A stretch of DNA of 64,000 bases from Hypanus sabinus (Eukaryota): NCBI RefSeq assembly GCF_030144855.1, contig NC_082722.1, forward strand, positions 19,964,001 to 20,028,000, read 5' to 3'. The notes beneath the pieces are model-generated. The model saw only the letters and a list, made by a program, of their open reading frames with translations. It was not told where the DNA came from and searched no databases. Each line of letters begins with the position of its first letter. Position 1 is the stretch's first letter. The position numbers were made by a program, and so were the translations under genes. Shown in pieces: positions 1-12,399 of this stretch.

Positions 1-54
1 CACATTGTGAACAGTTTTAGACCTCTTATCTTGGAACGAATGTGCGGAAACTGG

Positions 55-520
55 AGAGGGTTCAAAAGAGTTTCAGAACAATGATTCCAGAATTAAATAT
101 CTGGTCATATGAGAGCGTTTTATGCCTCTGGGCCTATTTTCACTAGAGTTCAGAAAAATAAATTAGGGATGATCGCATTTAAACCTATTGAAAAGTGAAA
201 GTAATTGATTGTATGGATGTGGACAGGATGTATCCTACTGTGGGAGAATATAAGACCAGGGGACGCAGCCTCAGAATAGAGGGGCATCATTTTAAAAAGG
301 AGATGAAGGGGATATTTTTGGCCACAGGCAGCTGTGGAGACAAAGTCTTTATGGATGTTTAAAGCAGAGGTGATAGATTCTTGATTAGTTAGGGCATAAA
401 CAGCTATGGGGAGAAGGCAGGAGATTTAGGCTGAGAGGAAAATATTAGCTTTGATGAAATGGCAGGGCAAACTTGGTGGGCCAAATGGCCTAATTCGGCT
501 CTTATATCCAGCAGTCATAG
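55..520 (+). mobile_element. CR1-type LINE 3' fragment
   Basis: Typical CR1 3' end wording (agaacaatgattccag...gacgcagcctcagaatagagggg...tatggggagaaggcaggag); the same text recurs at many sites in the window. Boundaries approximate. Confidence 0.7.
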
Positions 521-1963
521 GTCTTAAAACATTAGTTATACACTAGTCCACCGGCACCTCACCCACGAGTAAGAACATTCTAAATAACTCTATCTGGCCC
601 CTTTCACTTTCAGCATCAGCTTCTAACGAAGTCCGATGGGACAGCTTGCCATGTTCTGGGGACTTCTGCACCCTAATTTGCCACAAGGCTGTAATCCGTA
701 TATGGGCCATGACATTGCTTCTGCTTTGTCTTAGTTGTATTTTCTCTGTGTACGTCTGCCGAGTAAGTACAAATGGAAATATATCAGATCTCCCCCCATT
801 TCTTTCTGCTCCATGCATTGTTTAACCAGCTGATCTTCAAATAGGTCAATCTTTTCTGTCGATGTCCCAGTATGCTGAGTGTATCTGCAGATCCCTTCGA
901 TTACCCCCCTCCCTTAGATTGTCTTTCACCTAGAATTTGAGCCGTCCGAGAATGTTGACGTCGGCAGAGGTGTAGGAAGTAGAGTTGGGTAACCGTGAGC
1001 TCCGGATGGCAGAGTGAAATCCTAACTGATGTAATAAACAGATAAAGCAATCTAGCTATTGAAACTCCCCTGATAGACACTGACCATAGCTGTGTTGGAA
1101 GCAGTCAACGTTTACAAAAACTTAAAATTGGGCTCGCAATTTCTACAAACGATCCTGTAGCAGTGCAAGTCACTATCGACAGTTTTGCTGCAGGAATTCA
1201 GGATTTAGAACGAATGGAACTCTAGAATCAGTGTGTATTTGTTTATCAATTTGCATTTGCGTTCCTGGTTGTTTAATGGAGGAGATGATTTGTCATATTC
1301 AGTACGGTGGAACCGTTGCAGTTTATGCTTCACGTTCCGGGGAAAGCTCCGTTACTGAATGCTTATGACTGGGAAGCTCGACCCCAATACATGGAACACT
1401 CCCCTAACAGTTGAAAAACAAGAATATTAAACTCAATGTGCATTTGTACTATAGAAATCTGTGATATTTTGGGTTTTGTAGCACAGTCTTGATACGAAAT
1501 GCAAAATCCAAAAGTTGCCAGATTTCCAAAGCTAACCGCCGCCGCAAGCCCAACTCTGCAATAAAGCTCAAATACTATTCAAAAGAGAACGTTTTCATCA
1601 CTTCGGACCTTCGAGCTTCACCGTCGAAGTATATTCCCTCAACTCTTCCTTTCATCTGTTTCCCAACGTGACTGTATTTAATCTGCTTATGTGGTGACTG
1701 CATGTGCTGTGTGTGGCTATATATACTGTACTGTATTCTGTTACTTGGTCCCAGAAGAACAATCTTTCGATTAGTTATGTGTGCGTATGGTTGAGCAACA
1801 ATGAACAGAGAGTGACATTGAAATAATTTATTAAATACTGGTTAATACTCGCGGGTAACACATTTGATAGTTAGAGTGTCATGCTAGTTAGTGGGGAGAA
1901 GAAGGAATCACCCTATATTGAAACGGATCGAAAATACTCAATATAACTTTGGTTTTACTCAAG

Positions 1964-2257
1964 CTCCTCCAGCTCCATTGGAAATTGTTCCAGTTGGAGG
2001 GTTTTCATCTCCTCGAAAGCTTCTTTGTAAAACGGCTGCCTTCTACCCGGAGGAATTAGAAATTGTTTGGCAAAGAAATAACAAGCAAATTCACACTGGA
2101 ATACAGAGTGTGACAAATCGGAGCGTGGATGGTTTGTACGAAGCTTTTAGTTTATTGGAAATCACGCAGTCTACATGGGGAAAAGATGTTTACACCTGCC
2201 TGGTATCGCATGTATCCCTCACGGTGACTGCCAGTTTCAGCTACATCCTGGAGCAAG
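1964..2257 (+). CDS. Receptor copy A, C1-set Ig domain exon
   Basis: tcaag|CT acceptor, G|gtaag donor, 294 bp, phase 1-1. APPAPLEIVPVGGFSSPRKLLCKTAAFYPEELEIVWQRNNKQ...DGLYEAFSLLEITQSTWGKDVYTCLVSHVSL: LxC, FYP, W, DGLY and YTCxVxH are C1-set hallmarks. Confidence 0.92.
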
Positions 2258-2853
2258 GTAAGATGGCGTCTTGATGAGGTCATGATGTTGGATCTAGGTC
2301 TTAAACGTCGACACTTTAGATCAGCCTGATCGGTTGAGTTCTTCCTGGTTTTTGTATGTTACTCTGGATTTCATCATGTTCAGAATCTTTTGCGCTCAAT
2401 GTAAGATGGAAACACTTACAAGTTATAGTGGTGGGGTCAATGTGACCTTGTAAGTGCAGCAACTGAACAGCTAACCAAACTCGGAAGAATGACTACTTTT
2501 GAAAATTAGTGTTTGACAGGGAATATTAAACGCGAAAGTTGTTCAAAAGTTAATGTGTTACTCCCGACGGTATAAATCGTGTAGGACGAATTAAGAAATT
2601 GAATTCGTGCAGTACTTGTAAGGTAGCAAACGTCTGCACATTGGGTAAAAATATGACAAAGCAAAACGTAAACTCTAAAACACATAGTGATATAACAAAG
2701 TTGGGAATATACATTTTGTATCTTACGATATATTTTCCGATCATCTGCAGTGAGATTGGAAACGGGCCTATAAAATATCTTGCATTGTTGAATCTCATGT
2801 GTGCATTTGTTTTTAAATAAATAAATATTTCACAGTTTCTTGTTTCCCCCCAG

Positions 2854-2964
2854 TTCATCCACAAGGCGCTGATACTAAATTGATTCTCGCTTATACAGTG
2901 GATGGATTGGCAATTTTAGCACTCATAATAGTTTTGGTGAAAGTCAACTTAAAGAGATCGCGTG
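2854..2964 (+). CDS. Receptor copy A, transmembrane exon
   Basis: ttccccccag|TT acceptor, CGTG|gtaagt donor, 111 bp, phase 1-1. VHPQGADTKLILAYTVDGLAILALIIVLVKVNLKRSR: hydrophobic run followed by a basic stop-transfer. Confidence 0.88.
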
Positions 2965-3562
2965 GTAAGTACACGGATGGCTGAGAAACATTACCTCTAT
3001 TCGTTCAAATAGACGCGTGAATGACATTTAACTTCAAAACAGTAACTGTCCCTTACAAAATGATAGGACCTGGATCGCAATTTTCGAAGTCAGATTTCAG
3101 TGATAACATTCGGTTACAATACAAGCTGGATCTTAAAATTCAACTGTTTCATCAGTCCACTAGAATTATTACACATCTCATTCACAAACGTTTTTGTATG
3201 AGGTTGGAGTTCTTCAGCTGTTTTAAACACAACGGCAGATCCATATTTTGAAGCGTAAAGAAAATTGACAAACTCAGCATCTCTTATTGATTTTAATTTC
3301 CATTTCAGCGACAGTATTTATATTTAGCACGGCCACTAATATGCTATTATCAAGTTATGGCTTCGTTAAAAGTCAAAGTTTATTGAGCATAGTGCTACGA
3401 GGTTGTCGCGGAACACACTGTATTAGGACAACTGATAACACCAAATGCTTTCATAATATCCGTACCTTGAGTAGTTTCTTTTACACAATGAATTCGATTG
3501 GTATAAAACGAATAATGCCCAAACTTACAATACAAATAATTCTTTTTTACATCTTTCTTAAG

Positions 3563-3606
3563 GTATTAACTCAAGTTCTTTCACCGTATGTCAGAATGAA
3601 GAGCCG
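3563..3606 (+). CDS. Receptor copy A, cytoplasmic exon 1 (44 bp)
   Basis: tctttcttaag|GT...CCG|gtaggt; GINSSSFTVCQNEEP, phase 1-0. Copy B encodes the same peptide with three silent differences (GGT/GGA, AGT/AGC, AAT/AAC). Confidence 0.8.
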
Positions 3607-4289
3607 GTAGGTGAACTGCCTCGTCCTCCTTCAGAGCCACGTATGCGCATAGCAGATATATTATAAATTTGTTTTGTTCCATAACATTTTGGAATGCAGT
3701 AGAGAAGAATGAAAACATTCTGTCTAAAGACTCTTTATTTTTAAGAATATATCCAAGATGTATTTGAATATTTCTGTTGAATATGCTTCCTTTCGTCTTT
3801 GATGTTTCCACACCAGTTCATAACCGGTTGTATTTAGGTGGACGGTAATATTAAGTAATGAAAGTTAAGATGTTAATCATACTTTGTGTGGCGAATAATT
3901 AAATATAATTCTAAGTCTAGGATGTTTTAGATGTCAAATGTCGGTTTACGAAAATCGCAGTGTAGTGCTAATCAGAAATTACAGTACACGCACGAATCAT
4001 TTCGCAATACATGTTACATTTCATTTGAAATGGAACTGTGCGTAAGCGAGAGTAAAAATTCAATGCAATCTTGTTTTGGAAAGTCAAATGCAGTTTTTAA
4101 CCCCGATTCCCAGCAAAGTCTAAAGTCAGCCGTGCATAACCTGCAATGTAATCGAATATAGAAGAAGACCTTGTAGTAGCTGGTGCAGAATAATACCCAG
4201 AATGAAACTTCACAAGACACCAAGACTACGAGGCTACGCTGAATGATGGTCACCCTCAATTTCGTTCTTACTTTTTTAAGCTTTTTATT

Positions 4290-4870
4290 AATTTTCAAAT
4301 TCAAAAACGTAACAACCATAATAGTACAAATAGATTGGGATTACATTATTGGTAAATAGCATATACAAATAAAAGCTACAGGTAACACAAGTGTATTAAG
4401 CCTCCCAAACTCTTAATGTAATTAAACATGATTAAAAAAAAGAAAAACATGTCAAAAAGACCCAAATTAATGAAAAATCAAAAAATAAGCTAAACTAACC
4501 TAAACAGAACTACTCTAAACAAAGCTGGGCGATTATATTACATCGGATACACTCATTAATGTCATTAACTCAGCTCCTCTATCCATATATTTAAGGTTAA
4601 TAAAAAAGGGTTCGGAAAAGGTCACGTTACATCATATGAAAATGTTGAATAAACGTTCTCCAAGTTTCTTCAAAAGTAATCGAAGGGTCAAAAGTGATAT
4701 TTCTAATTTTTTTCTAAATTTAAACAAGAAATTTGGAAAGAAATGCCTGAAACATATCAACGCATTGCCATCTCCCATTGTGGATTCAAACCAGATATTA
4801 AAAACCTCTAACGACATTTTTGGAAGGAGAAACAGTTGTCCCTTCAGAAAGAACACCCCTCCCCAGAAAG
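4290..4870 (-). mobile_element. L1/Tx1-like LINE 3' fragment in intron
   Basis: Minus strand gives degenerate 'ISCLNLEKN...F*RNLENVYSTFSY', resembling the C-terminus of fish L1 ORF2, followed by an AT-rich 3' UTR. Also present at about 62490-63080. Confidence 0.55.
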
Positions 4871-5958
4871 AAACGAAAACGTTAACTGTTTCTCTTTGCT
4901 CTCGAGTTTCCTGATATAGCGTGTAATTTATTTGTCTATTTTACTTCAGATCTCCAGCAGTTTAATGTTATTAAATTCGTCACACCTGGATTCTCCTGTT
5001 CGCATATATTAAATCGTTATTGGTTGTACATCCATCTGTCTACAACTGGAGACGTCTTCCTGTGTTCCATTAATCGCCTTTCTAATTTTAGAACATATTT
5101 TTATTTCGACGTAACGATAGCTGCTGCAGCAACTTTTCACATCACCAAAGCAAGGTTGCCATTTATAATCCTGGCTTTGTTATAGTAGAACTCCGTAAAT
5201 ACTTTCATCAGCGTTCGTAGCACTTCCCAAAATGAAGTCTGTTCATGCGAGCAATATCTAAGTTGAAGCTGGAACGTTCAAGATAATTTTTTTTTTACTG
5301 TTTCTTTATTACTCTGGAATGCTATGTCATTGTTTCACCCAAAACAAATATTGTTTTGACGATTTACTGTAGCGGGCATGTACAACTGCTCTACTTATTT
5401 CGATCGTAATTTAATTGGTTCACCAGCAAAACCGATCAGCTCAACAGCGGGCAAGTTGCCTCTCCCATATTTGCTGCTTTCGTTACGTAAGCACTTCAGG
5501 TCTGACCACTTGTTCCAAGCTTCTTAAGTTAAATAATGCGAGTTTTAAGGGTCACAGTTTCTAATTGCACCGTGGAGACAAAAAGCTGGTCATTAAAATT
5601 ATTTGACGGGGTGCATAAGGGAAACGGATCGGCTAAAGCCCATGCACAAACCTGGAGGAACGTAAGGGATATGAGAAAATAACTGAAACAAAACAGATGG
5701 CCAGAACTGAGAAACAAGTCGATTGATAGGAAGGTTTTAACTGGTCGCTTGGTAATCTAAAGTAAACTTAGCGATTTCCAGCCTAAAATGGATTTGGTAT
5801 CCCAGTCCTGCATGATGTACGGACAATATTTTTGTTCACAGACAAAATGTTATTCCAACCATTTTAAATCCTTTTTCGTGTTTACATATTCCGAAACAAA
5901 CTTAGTTCATGGTCACTGAAGTATGTATCAGCTCGCAGTATTAAATGTGTTCTTCCAG

Positions 5959-6072
5959 CAGGCTGAGCAAGCACCGGTTGAGCACCGCACTGCCTATGAT
6001 TCACTAAATCTTAGGGAGAACACAGGATTTCGCAAAGATCGACAACAAAAAGAGCGCATTATCTAATCTCAG
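5959..6072 (+). pseudogene. Receptor copy A, cytoplasmic exon 2 with in-frame stop (TAA 6064-6066)
   Basis: gttcttccag|CAG...CAG|gtaaag, 114 bp, phase 0-0. QAEQAPVEHRTAYDSLNLRENTGFRKDRQQKERII*SQ; the paralogous exon in copy C ends LVYAK|gtaaac. Confidence 0.8.
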
Positions 6073-6294
6073 GTAAAGCAGGCAGATTAGCGTGAATAGC
6101 ATATTAATTTGCTTTTGAGATATAGCACTGTAACAGAGCCGTCCGGCACAACTAGAACGTACCGCCCAATTACACCCGTATTGTCAATTAGCAGATGCAC
6201 CCGTTGTCTTTAGAATGCGGGAGGAAGTCAAAACGCCTGAACAAAATCATACCGTTATGAGGAGAAATACAAACACCGTGTAGTCGTGGACGGG

Positions 6295-6296
<2 letters not shown>

Positions 6297-6347
<51 letters not shown>

Positions 6348-6362
6348 CACACACATACACAC
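6297..6362. repeat. (TA)n then (CA)n microsatellite
   Basis: Directly visible dinucleotide run. Confidence 0.97.
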
Positions 6363-6519
6363 AGTATATAAGACCAACATTATCATAAAGGAAGCTCATT
6401 TTACAAACAGGAGCTGACCTTTGACACTGTATCAAAATGTAGACTGCGCCAGAGCTCACGCCCTTTCACCGAAAATGAACCTGCTACCATTCACAACTGA
6501 ACACCCTCGAAATATCATC

Positions 6520-7020
6520 ACTATTTTCTTCAGTCCATGTGGACTCCAACCTGAAGGCGTGAACTTTGATCTCTCTAACTTTTGAACTATTTCATCATCC
6601 ACCTTCTCTTTTTTCCCTCTATTCCCAATTCTACCGCCCTTTCACCTCTTCTCTTCTCCCTATCTGCCCATCAACTCCACTAGTGCCTCTCCTCTTCCAT
6701 TTCTTCCAGTGTCTACTGTCTCCACCTATCAGATTCCTTCTTGCACTCTTTTCCTTTACCACCCATTACCTCCCAGCTTCTACGCCATTCCATCCCTCAT
6801 CATCCACACAGCTTCTTACTCAGCTGCTTTCTACTATCACTTGACATCTTGGGCTCTTATCCCATCTTCTTATTCTGCCTTCTGACCCCTTCCTTTGCTG
6901 TCACGATAAAGCACTTCGGACAGAAACGTCGGCAGTTTATTTGCCTTCATACGTGGTACCTTACCTAAATGAATTACATCAAAATTTGTTTGCATTCTCA
7001 AGATTTCTAGCAGCTACAGA
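6520..7020 (+). mobile_element. Penelope-like element 3' relic
   Basis: 'GLQPEGVNFDLSNF' resembles the end of Penelope GIY-YIG ORFs; followed by a pyrimidine-rich tract and the gatttctagca..cag tail shared with 26530-27310 and 35450-36230. Confidence 0.6.
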
Positions 7021-7731
7021 ATCTATCTAGATTATCATTTTCCCCTTGTTTTTACGAATTTAATTTCATATGTAATCTGCAAACAAAGGAACACTAAAGA
7101 GCATGAAAATGGGAATTAGCCATCCTTTCTAACATCCATTATCAGCTATATAATGAAAGCGACAATCTGATAATAACTGAGGAAAAATGAACCAACTGAA
7201 CATTGGGGTTATACATAGAAATACCGAACTGTGACAAAACAGTAACCATAAGGCACGAATGAACAAAGTGAAAACATTCATTCTGTCAATTGTGCGGCAT
7301 CCACTGATGACAGTGATTGTGTGCATTTGGAGTTCTGCTGGCAGGTGCGACTAAGGAAACACCCGTAAGATCTATAGTCTAAACAGTTTGCGGCGATCAG
7401 ACACATATAGCACAAAAACACGCTTGAATTTTGAGTTAATGAAATATTTTGTACTATTCCTGCTGCTTCAGGGAATTACCTTCTCTTCCAACTCGATTTT
7501 GTTTAAAGAAACGATTATTAGTCTGTGGGACAACACAGGTTCTTAGATATGAAATACCTTATGAATCAAACGGAAATTTTGAAAAGGTATTGACATTAAC
7601 TTTGTGCAAAACAGCAGAAGTCTAAAATTGATAGCATATGATTGCATCACTAATTTATTTAAACATTTTGATTTAATTTATTTAATTCAATGGATTCTCG
7701 ACTAACCACAAATTTTGGAATATTTTCACAG

Positions 7732-7890
7732 ACTAAAAGAAATGGAGCTGACAAACTGACTTACGCTGCGCTTTTCCTTCCCGTTTCCAAGAACACCAAG
7801 AGTCCAAAATTCCAAGATTCCAACCATCCAAACATCAAAAGCAACATATATCAAAGAAACTGTGAAGCTGAGAATCCAACTGCAGATTAG
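7732..7890 (+). CDS. Receptor copy A, last cytoplasmic exon with ITIM
   Basis: tattttcacag|ACT acceptor, phase 0. TKRNGADKLTYAALFLPVSKNTKSPK...AD*; LTYAAL (7756-7773) fits the ITIM consensus (I/V/L/S)xYxx(L/V). Not translated if the 6064 stop is real. Confidence 0.8.
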   Translation, partial: TKRNGADKLTYAALFLPVSKNTKSPKFQDSNHPNIKSNIYQRNCEAENPTAD

Positions 7891-9774
7891 AGTTATAGGC
7901 TGTCAATGAGTGCAGGCCCGAGGCATTGCTTCGTTTCATTTATTGCTTCCAGACAAAGTTTAGTAATCGATATAACATGTATATGTTGACAAGATAAGAG
8001 ATCATTTAGCCTTTGACGTTCTTGGGATTTATTTGAGGAGATTGTCACTGGAAAAAAGTAAAAGTAAGAAATTTAAGAATAGGATTGTTAATAAGCCATT
8101 CCATCCCTCTCTCCTGCCCAGTCATTCAAGAAGATATGTTCGACTATATTCTCCTCTCCTCTGTTCAACCATATCACCAGGATACTCCCTCCACAATCTT
8201 CGGAGGATGAAGACAAATGAGATATTCGTCATCACCAACGAAAGAAACTTTATTTTCAGGGTGAAAACGCCAACGGAACAATTATTCCTTTTCACCTATG
8301 TCAACGTTCAACCGAGGGAAATATAGATTTGAAGCTGTGAAAAAAATTGTAACATATTCTTGCGATATTACTTTGTGCCTCAAAATTGATCAGTAAATGT
8401 CGTATGATTAAAAAAAAACGCAGTACTTTTCTGTTTCATATACACGCACGGCTTGCTGCTCAATATTAGGCGTAAAATACAACTGCGCTATCATATGGTA
8501 GTAACAGAAATCCCAGGGCACCCAAAAGGCAAGAGAAATGCTTTGTAACCTGTGTAACTGTCCCAGACCACATTGAAGTAGAGGAGATCGCACGTGGTCA
8601 CATTAAAGGATGTCAGGTTTAGACTAATCATAACATTTGACTGCAAAACGTGGACGCTGGAAAGTAGATTTATATTGGAATCACGTATCTAGATGTGTAC
8701 TTTCGAAGAATATGGTGCTTTGCACAGAGCACCTCAGCGATTAATAATTGCCCGATTGCCAATAGAGCAAAATAAATCTGAAATATGCCCAGCATTTATT
8801 TGGCCAAAAGTCAGTAAGTTGACGTATTAATTTCGGTTCAGGTAGATACATGTGTGACACAACAGGGTGAGCATCCTGTTATAATAATACATTATTGTTG
8901 CTCATCAGGTCAGCGTGGTTGGTGGTTAAGGTGTGGGACTAAGGAAGGTGCGGTGTAGGTACAGAGATCACCGGCAGAGTAATAAATCTTCTGTCTGATA
9001 ATGCAAAACAGGAATATATTCCTGAAAGGGTTTTGGTAATCCAGGGAAATTCGCAGAAATAATAGAAGCGTACACGCTTGGAAACGAGAGTGGGCCGCTC
9101 AGACCTGTTCTGTTGGATATGTTGACTGGGATAGAATTCCCTATGAGAATCATTCATTCACTTCCTTCTCCTTAGTAACTTCACATGTCAAATCTCGTCG
9201 ATTTCTCCACTTTTAAATATTGTTTTGATATTTAATTTAAATTAAAATGCACAGTTATATCTTGTTCGTAGTTGACATATATATTATTATATTACATTAA
9301 TTTTTTATGTACTCATTAAAGGCACAAATTGCCGTTTGTCATTTCTCTGAAGGGAAAAGTCACAAGAGAAGACCAATTTCTCAAGCGTGGGAAGTGCTGG
9401 TGATAAGTTCTAAAGCGCTTTACCGGACATATTTAGTTTCAGCTTAGCTCAAAATCGTTTCAAACCTGTATCATTATTTGCTCGCACTGGAGAATGCCCT
9501 GTGCAAAAAAATAGTGCTCGCTAATAAAATCAGTACAGTGTACCGCAAAAACTAAATAAATACAATAATATAAACGATCAATATTTGCAAATTTGGAAAT
9601 TATCGGAATCATCCCGATCGAGTGCATTCAGTTACGGCAACGGCCTGAGAGAGCGCGGCATCTCTGGTTGCTACGCTGTTGTGACGATACCTCCACACAA
9701 CGTCCCACCCCCAATTCTATCGTTTTGCGCTGTTGCAATCTATTTCAAAACACTCCTCTGTGAGCAGAAAATAC

Positions 9775-11058
9775 TGTCATGGTCCGTTCCGAAGATCACA
9801 TTCTGGTTCACGGTCCCGTCTGCGGACTCCGACCTCCGGGTCCTCCGGTTATCCCTTGTTTCAATTGGACTTAATCATAAGCACCGGATGCACGTCTTGG
9901 GGCTTTTAATATAAGTGTCCCTGGGATTGAGTTCGGTTGGGGGATCGTCTTGTCAGGATTCCCTGGGCGGACACTGCCGGTGGAAGACTACAACGGCCAA
10001 TTGCCATCTTTAGGCCACGTTGGAAAACCATTGCTTCTTTGAGCCTTGTTGTCAGTACTCGGAGCTGTCATTGCAGTATGGATCCGGCCGTTTCCTGGGC
10101 CAACTGGATGGCCGGCAGCCACTCCGTCTAGGTAGGGATCCGGTTGTTTCTGTAGCCAGCCAAAGTTGTTGGCCGTAACTGCGAATCGCAGCAACCCCGA
10201 TGCAGAGATGGAACTGTCTGCCGTTCTTCGGTGTTTGTCTCATCCTGTCCTCGCCACGTGGGGTAAATCAGGCCATTCTACCGTTGCATTGCTAGATGAT
10301 CTGCCTTGTCTTGTCCTGTCCTCTGTAGGGTAGGTCAGGCTGTTCTGCCGTTGCCCTGTGGGGGGAATTTTTCTTATCTTGTCTTTGCCTCCGTTGGGTA
10401 AGTCAGGCAGTTCTGCCGTTACCCGACGGATGGACCGGACTTACTTTGGTGTGGAGTGGAATTTGAGTCCCGGCTTGTAAAAAAGGATAAGTCCGTGCTC
10501 TATGTCTATGTACTATCCAGTTTCGTGTTAGTGTCTTGTTAATGATGAGCTCCGGCTTGTCGAAGGAGAATTCCCTGCTCTATGTTGATGTATAGTTCCT
10601 AGTCTGACACCAAGCTCCAGCCTCCGAGTTATGCAAGCCTCAAGTCCCCAGCCTCAAGCCTCAAGACCCCAGCCTGAAGCATCGAGCCTCAAGCCTCAGG
10701 ACCGCAGCCTCAAGACTCGAGCCTGAAGTCCACAGTCTCAAGCCTCGAGCCTCAGTGCACGAGCCTCAATCTTCAAGCCTCAAGCCTCAAGACCCCAGCC
10801 TCAAGCTCCAAGCACCAAGGCCTCGTCACGTCTTCGCCTCGTTTGGGGTCCGATCCCGAGTTAAGAGGCAGGTTCTTGGTCTTTGTCCAGTCTCGGGCTC
10901 GGTGTCCACGCCCAGGCTCTTTGTCCCCAGTCCCTCGTCCTGGTTCTGCTTTCCTAGCCTATTCTGCCACCAGTTCCGTCCTTTATTTTTGACCCGTCCT
11001 GTTTCTAGTGTCTGTGTCCTGATTTTGGGTCCATTACCAACGTCCCCCTTATGTCACA
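9775..11058. mobile_element. Solo LTR, 1284 bp, perfect 4-bp TSD ATAC
   Basis: Termini TGTCATGG...TGTCACA; ATAC at 9771-9774 and 11059-11062; no internal gag/pol seen. Confidence 0.85.
10625..10830 (+). repeat. Degenerate 7-bp tandem repeat (CAAGCCT-like) inside the solo LTR
   Basis: caagcctcaagtccccagcctcaagcctcaagaccccagcc... about 25-30 imperfect units. Confidence 0.85.
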
Positions 11059-11409
11059 ATACAATAAATGTTGAACTCTGTCTTATTCGCTAAACCTGGA
11101 TTTGAACCTTGGCTTCTCACTTTGGTTCAGAGTATTAGAGGACGAAATCTCCGTTAAAAAATGCTTCAGAGAATCACTGAGGATGCATTTGATGCAAAAT
11201 GCTTTTCATTAAACTTCTTAAATAAAGGTCGCGTTGCACTGCCGACTGAGCAGCTTTAATCCCATGGTTTCGTTTTCTTGGATGATGGCGATTTCTCACA
11301 TTAACTGTCCAATATATATCCTTTAATCTATCTTGATAAGACATGTCTGACTCGACCGTTATTATATGTCTTTGCAGGAATCTGCAATGAGCCATTTGGA
11401 TCAAACGTT

Positions 11410-11877
11410 TATCACTACGCGTCCAAACACACCACCACTCCATCCCACCGTCACCAGGTTCGGATATGGCGCAAGTGTGGACTGAGAGACATGGAAGTGG
11501 GTCGATAGTTCACTACATTTTAATGCGAACCGTGTTAAAGGGAAAATAAAACAACAAATGCTAGGCCAAACAGGGCCGATAACTAAAGCTCTCAAACGGG
11601 AAACGAAGCCGACACTGCGGCTGCAAAGAACATCTAAATGTGAAACAAAGACAGGTAGTTTTAAGAATCAGCTGGCTTGAAAGTCCAATTTCTCAAGGAA
11701 GACCGAATGCAAACTGGCAGCGAAGTATTACTGCGCTCTGTCGAATTCTCGACAAGCACTACGACCACAAGTATGGAGTTAAACACTATCACGATTAAAT
11801 AATAATTTCCTGAAACGTGCATATTCACAAGCGCAATTGCCGTATCTACTGTGCTGCCGAAACCGTGGTTGTGACAC
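11410..11877 (-). mobile_element. Possible LTR relic
   Basis: Minus strand begins TGTCACAACCACGGTTTCGGCAGCAC (LTR-like start); no TSD found and the far end is uncertain. Confidence 0.35.
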
Positions 11878-12399
11878 CCCCCGAGCTTGGTTCCATCTAT
11901 CACTGGTCGCACACCTCCTTTTCACATTTATATATTGCGTTTCTTCCCTCTACAAACTGTAATCCGACTCTCTAGCTCAAAACATTAAATACCCGCATGC
12001 CTTCACCGGCATTGCTTGGCCCACCGAATTCGTCGAGTAAGTTCTTTTTATTTCAATTATTATTTGACATTTTCAAAGATGCTTGTAAATATTCCAAGGA
12101 ACAATGTAGCTGATTACTAATTCTATGCAAACACGGTATATTTTACTTTAGTGCTTTATCTTTATATATTTAAATACCACGTTTAGATTGCGTTATTTTA
12201 AAATAATAATCTTCATTGCTGAATAAAAGCGAGAATTTATGTTAATTACACAAAAATTGTCATTAATGTATAATACCCACATTTAGATCGTTAAGCTATG
12301 TCTCTTGTTTCCTTCTATTTTTCAGTTGTCTATTCTCACCAGGATATCAATCGAGTTTTCATTTCAGGCTTTCTTGAACATGGTGAATGAACTTCCAAT

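Larger units (their letters stand above)
55..5793 (+). repeat. Left copy of a direct segmental duplication (partner about 58325-64000)
   Basis: Colinear similarity seen throughout, e.g. 55 'gagagggttcaaaagagtttcagaacaatgattccag' vs about 58325 'aaagggttcaatggaggttcagaacaatgattccag', and 5773 'gatttccagcctaaaatggat' vs the window end. Offset about 58.2 kb; exons, introns and old TE fragments are shared. Confidence 0.95.

Noticed and set aside
4940-5010. Strong-looking acceptor ttttacttcag|ATCTCCAGCAG in the copy A intron
   Set aside because: Matches the repeat tail motif (cagatttccagca) seen throughout the window; no suitable donor or conserved peptide.
10625-10830. Short repeat array resembling CRISPR
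   Set aside because: Contiguous 7-bp units with no unique spacers, inside a vertebrate LTR; no cas genes.
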